Shown: positions 21,187 through 30,236 of the stretch, piece by piece
Numbering within the stretch: the first letter of the stretch is position 1
How the letters are laid out: every line of letters begins with the position of its first letter
Source: a virus
IMG/VR virus record: IMGVR_UViG_3300033491_000001
Direction: 5' to 3' (one strand)
DNA length: 64,000 nucleotides
Program-made: the position numbers and the translations under genes
Notes under the pieces: model-generated
Seen by the model: the letters and a program-made list of their open reading frames with translations, nothing else
The model's database searches: none
Told to the model about the DNA's origin: nothing

Positions 21187-21905
21187 AGCCGACCACCAGC
21201 CCTGAGCATCCTGTAGGCTATCCGCTCAAGTTCACGAGACTTGGCAGCTAAGTCCTTTGCGGATTTGAAACTGAACGACACCGCACCAACTCGGATTGAA
21301 TCGTAGATGCTGCTTTGTTCGTTAGAGGCAGCCTTCAAGTAAGCAGCGGCGACCAAGTAAGGAAGCGCTTCATAAACTATCGGAGATGCAGCTGCGATAG
21401 CGTAATGGACTTCGATTACTCTCGCAGAGACTGCGAAAATTGCCCTATTGCTGCTGTCTGGAACGGTCAACTGCTCATCTCCAGCATAGATTTGAGAATT
21501 CACGACGCATGCAGTGAGTTCCTCACCATCTATGACGAGTCTGTTAACTTCGGCAATTGGCTGATGCAGCCACCAACGACCAGATGGATCATCGTAGATC
21601 AAAATGACATGCTCACGACGAGGAAGCCCAAACGATAGAGCCTGCAGTTTCGCTGTTTTGACGAACGGCATTAGTGCTAACGGAGACACAAATGGCAACA
21701 ACTTTTCAGAAGTTGCGTTGGCTAACAGGCTTTCATCATCGTCAGTGACATCAATGGGCTGCAGACTTGAAATTGAAGTTCCAGTGAAGTATTGGTAGAA
21801 CGAATGACCGTATGGGTCTTCTGAGCGAGTTCCGATAAACACAGGAAACGAGACTGGCGGCACGCTTACCCAGACGGGAATAGGTGCATCACTGATACGA
21901 ACCAT
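21183..21905 (-). CDS. head-tail adaptor
   Basis: ATG at 21905 with AGGAGG RBS; C-terminal YEALPYLVAAAYL...SIRVGAVSFSF adaptor-like; follows MCP. Confidence 0.6.
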   Translation of the reverse strand: MVRISDAPIPVWVSVPPVSFPVFIGTRSEDPYGHSFYQYFTGTSISSLQPIDVTDDDESLLANATSEKLLPFVSPLALMPFVKTAKLQALSFGLPRREHVILIYDDPSGRWWLHQPIAEVNRLVIDGEELTACVVNSQIYAGDEQLTVPDSSNRAIFAVSARVIEVHYAIAAASPIVYEALPYLVAAAYLKAASNEQSSIYDSIRVGAVSFSFKSAKDLAAKSRELERIAYRMLRAGGRL

Positions 21906-21954
21906 TCCGTTAGCCCTCCTTGATGCGTCAACCAGCCGACTATCGGTGTTCGGG

Positions 21955-21997
21955 ACGGCGACCGCAGCCAGCAATTACGCTAAACTGCGGTCGCCGT
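21955..21997 (-). terminator. GC-rich stem-loop after the major capsid gene (attenuator/mRNA stabiliser)
   Basis: Perfect 13-bp inverted repeat ACGGCGACCGCAG / CTGCGGTCGCCGT with 17-nt loop; no U-tract. Confidence 0.55.
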
Positions 21998-22017
21998 TAG
22001 ATTGCTTGTCAGTTCGA

Positions 22018-22980
22018 CTAACCAGCAGGCGGAATAATAGAAATCATGGATTGCCAGTAGCGACCAGGGACTGTTAATGCTACGACCCAAAGAAAGCCCT
22101 GCGCAATAGTCAGTTCAGCTCCTGGAATGTCAATTCGAAGAGGCATCTCATCGCCGAGGTAGCGTAAGTGAATGGACGGTCCATCATCAGTTGGAGTATC
22201 TGGGTCAAGGAGGAAAGCGAAGCGTTGGTTTGTTGAAGGGAAAAGAGGATGCACAATGGGCTTGATGTTCCCGTATGGAGTGGGAATGGGTAATTCACCA
22301 GTCAACCACTTAGCCTGTCCCTCAGGTCCGATGCCGTAAGTCTTTGCAAGTTCCCTCACAACATTCTCAATATCGATGCTGGACGCATACAGCTCCCGCG
22401 GGATACCACCAGCAGACCTAACGATCCGCGCTGCTTCAACGACAGCATCATAGGTAAGTGCCTCTGCTTGGAGCGCTAAGACATTGCTGCTCGGGATCAG
22501 AGTCTTGAGACCATCCATGCTGTAATTGTGATTGTCTGGGTTATGCGCTCCGAAGAAGGCATCATATTCGACAGTGATTAACATGTCCCGAAGGGCAGCA
22601 TTGACGCGGCGCTCATGTTCGCTACCGAGGTTCTTACCAAACAGTTCAAGAGCGCGGTTTGTTTCAGCCTTAATGGCATAGACACCGTAAGGCACATCAA
22701 CGCGTTCTCCTGATTCCCATTGGAATGTGGGAAAAGAAGTCTCGGAGCGCCAGTTCAAAGCTTTCGTCCTACCGAACCTTGTCTTTGCTGCATAGAAACT
22801 GACAAATTCTCCACCGTCTCCCTTAATGCGATCAATGCGCTTGAGCAGCAATGGCTCGGTCATGCCGTCAAGCAATACCATTACGACCGAAGTAACTGGC
22901 GTCCAGAGGAATTCAGTTGTTGGAGTGATCCCTGCAGCCTGCAAGCTCTCGGTAACTTTTTGTTCGAGTCGCTCACTCAT
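22018..22980 (-). CDS. major capsid protein (HK97 fold)
   Basis: 320 aa from ATG 22980 with GGAGGTG RBS; ITVEYDAFFG...SMDGLKTLI pattern; after scaffold, before neck genes. Confidence 0.8.
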   Translation of the reverse strand: MSERLEQKVTESLQAAGITPTTEFLWTPVTSVVMVLLDGMTEPLLLKRIDRIKGDGGEFVSFYAAKTRFGRTKALNWRSETSFPTFQWESGERVDVPYGVYAIKAETNRALELFGKNLGSEHERRVNAALRDMLITVEYDAFFGAHNPDNHNYSMDGLKTLIPSSNVLALQAEALTYDAVVEAARIVRSAGGIPRELYASSIDIENVVRELAKTYGIGPEGQAKWLTGELPIPTPYGNIKPIVHPLFPSTNQRFAFLLDPDTPTDDGPSIHLRYLGDEMPLRIDIPGAELTIAQGFLWVVALTVPGRYWQSMISIIPPAG

Positions 22981-23085
22981 GTTTTGCACCTCCAGATTTT
23001 CGTTGGAGCTGTCGTTTACTTTCCAGTTATCCCGAGGGGCTATCTGGCTTCCCAGAGGTTGATTTCAATTGTCAGAGTGCTTCGA

Positions 23086-24222
23086 TCAATCGCGATCGAT
23101 TGGGATAGGTGCTGCTAAAAGTTTCTGGGCTTCTCGGATCAACACCTTGCGCTCCCGATCGGATGCTGAAAGCCACCTGCGCCAGAGGTCTTCTTCGTTG
23201 TCTTTCTTGCTGCTTGATGCGGCGAAGGAGGAGACACGCCTGCGGGTTTTGATTGCGCTTTCGACAGCTTCTATGCGTTGCATGAGTTCTTCGATTCGAC
23301 CTGCAATTGGTGCGATCGCTTCCTGAAGGATGCTCGCGAACCTGTCGTCAATCATCGCTGGCTCGCTTTCCTGCGATGAAGATGCTGCAAGTTCGTTATT
23401 GCCAGAATCGGAAGCCTCCATGATCGTTTCATTTGGCTGTCCTTCGGCTACGGCGGCTTGATCTGAACCTGCAACCTGACTGGCTTCTGAAGCTTGTGCG
23501 GATTGTTCTGCATCTTGATTACCAGCTGCATTGTCTTCTGTCTCGGCAGCAGATTCGTTCTCTTGCAGTTTCGCAGCCATAGCCATTGCACCGAGCGATT
23601 TGATCGCTGCTTCAACAGCAGCACGAAGAGCGAAAGTCGCATCGAACATCTTTCCGACAGGAAGGGCATACTCGCCTTGCATGACAACCTGCGCAAATCC
23701 GTTCCACGCGTTCTTAAGCCGCTCTGCTGCTTCGGTTGCAGGCAAAACTTGTTGAGTGCCGAGAGAAACAGTAACAGCAAGGCGCATCTCTCGGAAGACA
23801 TCAACTGGTGCTGCGAACTCTTGTGCGTTGATCCCAAGTGCTTGAGCAATTCGCTCTTTCAGCTCCTTGATTTCACTGGATAACTCGTCATCGGAAACTT
23901 CATCGAGCAATTTCTCAAGTAACTTTGAAGTGTCATACAAGAGCTGCACTGCTACATTGGCAGGGACACCATAGGCTGGCGGGTAACCGTAAGCGGGCGG
24001 GTAGCCGTAGGCAGTCCCGTTGCTGCATGTTGCTGATTCCTTTTGCTCTGTCTGCTCGCCGTCATCAGCAGACTTAACTTCCTCAGTCTCTGTCGCTTGA
24101 GCGAGAAGTTTCGCTAACTTCCCGAGAACTCGCTTGATGAGCGGATCATGGTGCTCTTGTTCGTCAGGCACAACCTGCGCCTTCGCGATAGTGGCTGCAA
24201 CTTCGTCTGGCAACGCAGCCAT
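23086..24222 (-). CDS. capsid scaffolding protein
   Basis: Acidic, Ala/Glu-rich, coiled-coil-like with low-complexity linker; directly upstream of MCP; own promoter and TAAGGAGG RBS. Confidence 0.6.
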   Translation of the reverse strand: MAALPDEVAATIAKAQVVPDEQEHHDPLIKRVLGKLAKLLAQATETEEVKSADDGEQTEQKESATCSNGTAYGYPPAYGYPPAYGVPANVAVQLLYDTSKLLEKLLDEVSDDELSSEIKELKERIAQALGINAQEFAAPVDVFREMRLAVTVSLGTQQVLPATEAAERLKNAWNGFAQVVMQGEYALPVGKMFDATFALRAAVEAAIKSLGAMAMAAKLQENESAAETEDNAAGNQDAEQSAQASEASQVAGSDQAAVAEGQPNETIMEASDSGNNELAASSSQESEPAMIDDRFASILQEAIAPIAGRIEELMQRIEAVESAIKTRRRVSSFAASSSKKDNEEDLWRRWLSASDRERKVLIREAQKLLAAPIPIDRD

Positions 24223-24289
24223 CCCAGAGTTACCTCCTTACAGTTGCTCAACAAATCCCGTTCCAATGCAATATGCTTCATTCGTGAAT

Positions 24290-24319
24290 ATTATAACAGC
24301 AGTTGCTCAGCGCCGTCAA
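24290..24319 (-). promoter_or_regulatory. sigma70 promoter for scaffold-capsid operon
   Basis: TTGACG-N18-TATAAT on the minus strand. Confidence 0.7.
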
Positions 24320-27300
24320 TATCTCTCCAGTTCCTGCCATTCGTCAAGTGTTTCTAAGCGTTCCTGAACTTTGCGCTTGCTTTCAGCGAGTTCAGCGATG
24401 TGTTCAAATTGCTCGAGAACAATTGGGACAACATCCAAGTTGAGGATGACATATTCATATCTTCTCCCTTTCCACTCACGCTTCGCCTGCGCTGGCGTGT
24501 GCGTCAGAACATACGGAAGCTGCCCATCGCCTTCAGGATACCAGAACTGCCAGTATGGTCCTTCTCCTCCGATTTTCGGTCCTTGACCTTCAAGCAACCT
24601 AACGACCCATTTCCCGTCTCTCGGCTCAACATTATCGTCCCACTCTTCAAACTTCATCCAGAACTCGTGGTAATCAGGTCTTTGAACTCCAAACCAAACA
24701 ACACCATTGGCTTTCCACTCAAACATTGACCATGTCGCCTTCGTTGAACCTACAGCGCCGGGAGGAGCCCAAAGCAGTGGCTCTCTCTCAGTCACAACCG
24801 TCAGCCAGACATAGGGTTGGCGGGCTTTCTTAGTGGCGACTATCCTATCGCCATCTTCGTTGTTGATGAACTTGTCGCGAAGAACCGGTGCGATAGTGCC
24901 ATCAAGAAACTGAAGCGCGACGGCAGGAGTGAACAGCGTCCATCCAATAAGTTGTCTGGAAGGAGCTGCAGGATTGACGATTCGCAAGTCACCATGAACA
25001 CTCGCGACATTGACTATTCTATCTTCAAGTTCATCGATGATCTTGTCAGGTGGCAAATCTTGACTGAGATTGTCTGATAGAACCTTAGAAACATCTTTGC
25101 GTTCGTCAGATGCTTTCTGTGCAAGTTTGATGAGTTTGTCGAAGTCAATGGTCAGCCAATAAACTCCGAATGTCTTGACCAGTTCACGCCAGATTTGTTC
25201 ACGCTCATCGTCGTCAGCGTTTTTGAGTTTCTTCAACATCGAAGCAATTTCTTTGCGTTCGCTGTCGCTCCATAAGCCTCTGTAGTGGCGCATGTAGACG
25301 AACTCGTAACCTTGTTCGAACTTTTTGACATCATGGGCGACCTTCATTGGGTCTCCAAGCCTCTTCTCTTCTTCGAGTCGCTGCTCTTCATGTGTCAATT
25401 CCTCTTCTTCGCTTATTTCTGCTGCTGCCAGTGGCGCAATGGCTTTCTCCCGAATTTTCTTCGGAAGTTCTGGCAATTCGTAGTTGCCGATCAGGTAGAT
25501 CTTCAACCTGTGATAGGGCAATCTGCTACCTTCCTTGTAAATGTCTTTGTTCGGCATGGTCAGCCATGGAACTGAGACAATCGCGTAGTCCAACTTCCTG
25601 TAGTGCCACTTACCCGAAGCTGCTTGAAACTTCTTGGCGAAGCTCTCATTAAGCAACAAAATTCTGCCACTCAACTGGTCACAGGCATCTATAAACCGCT
25701 CAAAATCCTCCACACTCCATCCGAATTCGTAAAGGCCTTCGCCTTTCTCAGTTTGTTCTGAAACCCAAGGAGGGTCTGCGAAGAAGAAAGTCTGAGGGCT
25801 ATCGAACTTAACCATCGCATCGAAAGCATCCATACAGTAGATTGAGACTCCGTCAAGCCGTTGCTCCCAAAGGGAACATCTCTCCCAAAATCGCTCAACC
25901 TCTTTTCGCCAACCATAACGCATGCTCTTAGACGAGTTATACTTGCGCTTGTAACCGTAACCAGCTCCGCTGTAGAAAGTTGTGTAAGCAAACGCGTAAG
26001 CCCTTTTGATGCCGTTGTCATTGAAGTCGCCATTTATGAGGGCTTCTCGGAGGTCATCCCATCGATCTTTGTTCGGACTCCAAGTGAACCTTCGCAACTT
26101 GACCCAGTCTCCACTCTTCACAACTTTCAGGAAGTTGATGACATTTGGGTCTATGTCGATCAAGACTTCTTTCTCGCCGGGTTTGCGTCTTTTGAGCCTG
26201 AGAATCCCGCAGTTAACGCCAGAGAAAAGGTCAACATAGGTGTCATAGTCGTCTGGAAGGAGAGCGACGCATGCACGAACGATAATTTGAGCAAAGCCAA
26301 GCCCGAAGACTTTCATTAGCCTCGGAAGCATCTTTCGATCCCAGTCTGGAACATTTTCATCGCTTTCGCTGTCATAGCCTTCATTTTCGTCCTCTTCCTC
26401 TTTGCGTGCGGCAACAAAGACTGAACTTTCAACCTTATTGCCAGCTAACTTCAACTTCCCGTCGACTACTGTGACACTCGGAACTTCTTGACCCGATGCC
26501 AAAATGAGTTCCGTGACCCTATCCCAATCCGCAACTTCCGATGGGTCATCGACACCAGCACGCAACGCCCTCGAGTGCATCCATGTCAGGTGAACGAAAC
26601 CATCATCATCGGCAAACCAGTTAAGGCTTATCGGAGCGACTTCAACGACATCGCCAAGTTGAAGTTCCTGTTCGAGTTTGATCGCGTAAGTCTGACCATA
26701 AGCGAGTTCTCCGACATCTCTATTGGGAAACCGTTCGTCCATCGTCCAGAGCCTGTGGTCATCCCTTCCACGCCACTCACTCTTCGACGCCACCTTGCCA
26801 GTAACTGGGTCTTCCTCACCTGCACGAACATATCGAAGTTCAAGGTCACTTGGTGTAAGCGTCCGCTTGGACTCGATTGGAATGAGCGTCTTTCCGTCGG
26901 GTCCGAGCACTGCACAGCGGAAAATGTAGGTTTGCGACTCCTTGAATGCTTGCTTCCAATTGTCAGGATCAGTATTAGGTGGGAAGACTTTACTTATGCC
27001 AATGATGAGGCACTTAATTGACTTCCAACGCTTGTATTTCGCCCAATTCGTTGAACGACCATCAAGTTCGTAGACTGAATTGGCATCTTTGATCATCGCT
27101 CCTTCTGAACCAGTGTAAGACGCTGCCCATTCGATTGCCTCTGCAGCCTCTTCAACCGATCGCACGACTTTCTGTGGCGTCAGGATTATCGTTTCTGGAG
27201 GGCTTGAAAGGAGTTGCTCAAGTTTCTCTCGTCGTTCGTGCAGCGGAAGGTCTGTCAGGTCTTCTCCATCAAGGTAAAGCAGGTCGAAAGCACAGAACCG

Positions 27301-27699
27301 TATCGGTTCAGTTATCGGTTCTTTTCCGACAACGACCTTCATCATGTCAGGTCTCATGACTGGCTTGAACTTTCCATCAACTATCCGACCAAGCAACAGT
27401 TCACCATCAATGATCGCTGAGCGATCACCAAGAAGTTTCACAACTGCCTGCTCTAACTCTGGGAGAATTTCAGCACGGTCGCGTTGTCTATCTTCAGTAA
27501 ACGCGTGGAAGTTCTCGCCGTCATAGTGCACAACGAGCCGAACTCCGTCCCATTTCGGCTCTACGACAACATAGCTGCCTTCGTCAAAGATCGGTTTGAT
27601 GAAATTTTCGATGACTTGGTCTAAGTCGTCGAACTCATAGTGACCGTAACCTTCGGCGGGTTTCAACGGTTTGACGGCTTTGCCCGGTCTGACCTGCAT
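24316..27699 (-). CDS. ATP-dependent DNA ligase fused to Dam-like methyltransferase and LigD phosphoesterase-like domains
   Basis: EPKW(49)DG motif I, IIDGELL, FCAFDLL, EGAMIK, WAKYK. Methylase motifs YVDLFSG and FFFADPPW. C-terminal FVYMRH...HGDLR...GWTL...DGKWVVRL. Confidence 0.85.
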   Translation of the reverse strand: MQVRPGKAVKPLKPAEGYGHYEFDDLDQVIENFIKPIFDEGSYVVVEPKWDGVRLVVHYDGENFHAFTEDRQRDRAEILPELEQAVVKLLGDRSAIIDGELLLGRIVDGKFKPVMRPDMMKVVVGKEPITEPIRFCAFDLLYLDGEDLTDLPLHERREKLEQLLSSPPETIILTPQKVVRSVEEAAEAIEWAASYTGSEGAMIKDANSVYELDGRSTNWAKYKRWKSIKCLIIGISKVFPPNTDPDNWKQAFKESQTYIFRCAVLGPDGKTLIPIESKRTLTPSDLELRYVRAGEEDPVTGKVASKSEWRGRDDHRLWTMDERFPNRDVGELAYGQTYAIKLEQELQLGDVVEVAPISLNWFADDDGFVHLTWMHSRALRAGVDDPSEVADWDRVTELILASGQEVPSVTVVDGKLKLAGNKVESSVFVAARKEEEDENEGYDSESDENVPDWDRKMLPRLMKVFGLGFAQIIVRACVALLPDDYDTYVDLFSGVNCGILRLKRRKPGEKEVLIDIDPNVINFLKVVKSGDWVKLRRFTWSPNKDRWDDLREALINGDFNDNGIKRAYAFAYTTFYSGAGYGYKRKYNSSKSMRYGWRKEVERFWERCSLWEQRLDGVSIYCMDAFDAMVKFDSPQTFFFADPPWVSEQTEKGEGLYEFGWSVEDFERFIDACDQLSGRILLLNESFAKKFQAASGKWHYRKLDYAIVSVPWLTMPNKDIYKEGSRLPYHRLKIYLIGNYELPELPKKIREKAIAPLAAAEISEEEELTHEEQRLEEEKRLGDPMKVAHDVKKFEQGYEFVYMRHYRGLWSDSERKEIASMLKKLKNADDDEREQIWRELVKTFGVYWLTIDFDKLIKLAQKASDERKDVSKVLSDNLSQDLPPDKIIDELEDRIVNVASVHGDLRIVNPAAPSRQLIGWTLFTPAVALQFLDGTIAPVLRDKFINNEDGDRIVATKKARQPYVWLTVVTEREPLLWAPPGAVGSTKATWSMFEWKANGVVWFGVQRPDYHEFWMKFEEWDDNVEPRDGKWVVRLLEGQGPKIGGEGPYWQFWYPEGDGQLPYVLTHTPAQAKREWKGRRYEYVILNLDVVPIVLEQFEHIAELAESKRKVQERLETLDEWQELERY

Positions 27700-28363
27700 A
27701 AGTCATCAACTCATGCCCAATAACCGCAGCTACTGCAGCAACGATGTCTTCCATTCTCGCGATAGGGTAATCAGCGAAAGCAGCCATCACGGGTGATGAG
27801 CAAACGGCAACGACATACTTTCCCATTGATGCAGCAATTGCTGCCACAGCGATATGAAGTGAACCCATAGATTCATCGACCACAACATATTGCGCTCCGT
27901 TGATCCCTGTTAGAATCGCTTCCTTGATGTTGTGTTCAATGGAACGCTTTTGGAAAATTGACGACGCATGCGGGTGCGACTTAAGATGAAGTTCCAACAT
28001 CGAATCGTCTCCAACTACAGCCATTGTCTCAAGTTGTCTCCTGACAAACGGCTCGATGAGCGGCGCGTATATTGTCGGCTTCTCGTTCACGATCTTAAGT
28101 TTCTCATCAGCAACGATCCTAAGTTCCCTGAGGTTCGTGTCCGGCAGGACAACAGCGTCGGTATCGACATCAACCGTGCCGACGATTACTGATGCATGCT
28201 GGATCGAAGTTGCCACTTGAGTCAACCCGTAACGCCAACCGAGGAATGTTCGTATGAGTTTCACCTTTTCTGGATTTGCCCTGACGGACGGCGCAAAGAA
28301 AACAGAATCTTCCCTTTTTCCAACTTTCGCTTTCTCGGTCTTCGCAGGAACTGCTTCCATCAC
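27635..28363 (-). CDS. hypothetical protein, C-terminus weakly SIS/sugar-isomerase-like
   Basis: 242-aa ORF coupled to both neighbours; VVVDESMGS...AASMGKYVVAVCS..MAAFADYPI resembles the SIS fold end. Confidence 0.5.
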   Translation of the reverse strand: MMEAVPAKTEKAKVGKREDSVFFAPSVRANPEKVKLIRTFLGWRYGLTQVATSIQHASVIVGTVDVDTDAVVLPDTNLRELRIVADEKLKIVNEKPTIYAPLIEPFVRRQLETMAVVGDDSMLELHLKSHPHASSIFQKRSIEHNIKEAILTGINGAQYVVVDESMGSLHIAVAAIAASMGKYVVAVCSSPVMAAFADYPIARMEDIVAAVAAVIGHELMTYAGQTGQSRQTVETRRRLRSL

Positions 28364-30234
28364 TGCACAACCTCCTTTGCTTTGGATGCTTTATTCGAGA
28401 GCATAACAATTCTGCCAGCATCGTAAACGGCTTGCGAGTCTTGGAGAATGAACGGCGGTTTCGGCGCTTCTTTCGGTGACCAGATCACACGCCACTTCAC
28501 TAACGGCATGACAAGTGCATCGGAGATTTTCTGAGCGAAACTCAATCTCCATGGGAATGGCAGTTCTGCAACCTTAGTCGCGTTCCACCACAAACAATCT
28601 GCAACCATCCATGTCCCATCAACCCACCAGACTTCTGCGGTCAGAGTCAGACACGATGGGTGTCTTTCAGAAATGTTCAAAGCAAATGTGATAACTTCGT
28701 CTTCGTCTGTGATGATCTCGACTGAGTTTCCGTCCGCCTTCAACAATCCACGCCGCTGCGGGATCATGTCAGTGCAATAAACGCAAGCAGGATAGACATC
28801 AAGGTCTCCGAGCGACCGCATGCGCGCAGACAGGAACGAATTCAAATCACCATCAACCCTAACAGTCGAATGTGGCGCAAGTTTCTCAGGCTCGTTTATC
28901 GGGATAATTGGACGACGAGGGCGCTTCACGAGGACGAGATCGTAAACTGGAAAGGAGAGCCCTGCTGGTTTGTCGGTTATGGTGATGTGAACTTCTTTGT
29001 CCGTGCTGACTTCACGGGCGACCCTTTCCAGTTTACCGTTATCGCAGATGAGCAAGTCCAAATCTTGGCTGAACGGAGTAAGCAGTGAAGAACCAGTGAC
29101 AGCGATGTAACCAGGCACGACTATGACATCGGGAAGCGAACTCAAAACTTCGTTAGCAAGAGTGAACTTTGATTTAGCCTCAGATGCAAGTGATGCCGGA
29201 AGTGGCTCTGAGAAAACCTTCGGAACTGAAAGCAAGATTGAATCTCCAACTCTCGCAACTGCAACAATGGCAACTATTTGGTCTTTGCATTGCAGCGCAA
29301 CTGGAAGACCTTCTGGAACTTTCGGGAACGAATCCAACTCAATGGGCTTGTGTTTCTCTGCGCTCTTAATCCACGACTTAACTTCCTCTTCATCATCGTG
29401 CACCCAGACATCAACGAAACTGTTAAGGACTTCGTCTGTAAAGAACTTGAAAGCTTGCTTTGAAAGGCTCTCCTCGTTCAAAGCTTTCGCATAGCCCTCT
29501 CCACGCCTATGCTGGACATGCCTTGCAAGCATTTCATCTGCGATCCTTGCGTGCATCTGGACAACTTCAGCAACAGTCCAGTTACTTATCGTCCCACCTC
29601 GCATGAGCGTCGCGTAGTAAGCGTGCATGATCCTGTGATCATCGAGCAGTACCTTAAGTTCAACCTTTCTCGGATCGTATGTTCGTTTGTCTGCAATGGC
29701 TGCAAGTGCGGGCATAAGGTCTCGGTAAGCGGCAAACTGAGCCCTGAGAAGCGCCCAACCTGTCGGTTGGAAACTCAAGATACGGTAATGGTCTCCTTCA
29801 TCCTGCAAGACCACATCGGTCATTTCCCACGAAACTGCAAGTTCTTCGTTTGCTGCAGCCCGCCTGACATTCTCAACCAAGTCCGCAAAATCAATGTCCC
29901 AAAGATAACCGCTTCCGATGATCATCCCGTCCTTCTTGAGGACCGAAGTTATCGTTCCAATCGAGTAAACCCTCTTTTCGCCTCGTTCATCAGTCTCCCA
30001 GTGCGCTGTCAAATCCTCTGTTGCGTGTAAAGGAAGTCCAATCAATTTGTCGAGGTCAATAGTATCGAGCGCTCTTCGATCAATAACGACTGGTTTGTCA
30101 GCGCCTGATGGCGGAGCAATCGACCTGACATTCGCCCTGAAAAGGACTGCCTTCACTGGACGCTTGTTAGGAAGCGCTTTCTCAGAAAGTTCAAGTTCTA
30201 TCGGAAACGCGGCACGGGCTAAAACGATGTCCAT
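28360..30234 (-). CDS. prohead protease fused to nucleotidyltransferase-like and degenerate ligase domains
   Basis: N-terminal GLPLHA...H and LAVSWEM (His/Ser of HK97-type maturation proteases); VTGSS-x6-DLDLL pol-beta NTase motif; C-terminal WMVADCLWWNATKVAELPFPWRL; follows portal. Confidence 0.65.
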   Translation of the reverse strand: MDIVLARAAFPIELELSEKALPNKRPVKAVLFRANVRSIAPPSGADKPVVIDRRALDTIDLDKLIGLPLHATEDLTAHWETDERGEKRVYSIGTITSVLKKDGMIIGSGYLWDIDFADLVENVRRAAANEELAVSWEMTDVVLQDEGDHYRILSFQPTGWALLRAQFAAYRDLMPALAAIADKRTYDPRKVELKVLLDDHRIMHAYYATLMRGGTISNWTVAEVVQMHARIADEMLARHVQHRRGEGYAKALNEESLSKQAFKFFTDEVLNSFVDVWVHDDEEEVKSWIKSAEKHKPIELDSFPKVPEGLPVALQCKDQIVAIVAVARVGDSILLSVPKVFSEPLPASLASEAKSKFTLANEVLSSLPDVIVVPGYIAVTGSSLLTPFSQDLDLLICDNGKLERVAREVSTDKEVHITITDKPAGLSFPVYDLVLVKRPRRPIIPINEPEKLAPHSTVRVDGDLNSFLSARMRSLGDLDVYPACVYCTDMIPQRRGLLKADGNSVEIITDEDEVITFALNISERHPSCLTLTAEVWWVDGTWMVADCLWWNATKVAELPFPWRLSFAQKISDALVMPLVKWRVIWSPKEAPKPPFILQDSQAVYDAGRIVMLSNKASKAKEVVQ

Positions 30235-30236
30235 CG

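Noticed and set aside
25480-26400. Intein as explanation for the insert in the ligase
   Set aside because: No C/S start, HN-C/S/T end or LAGLIDADG motifs; methylase motifs are present instead.
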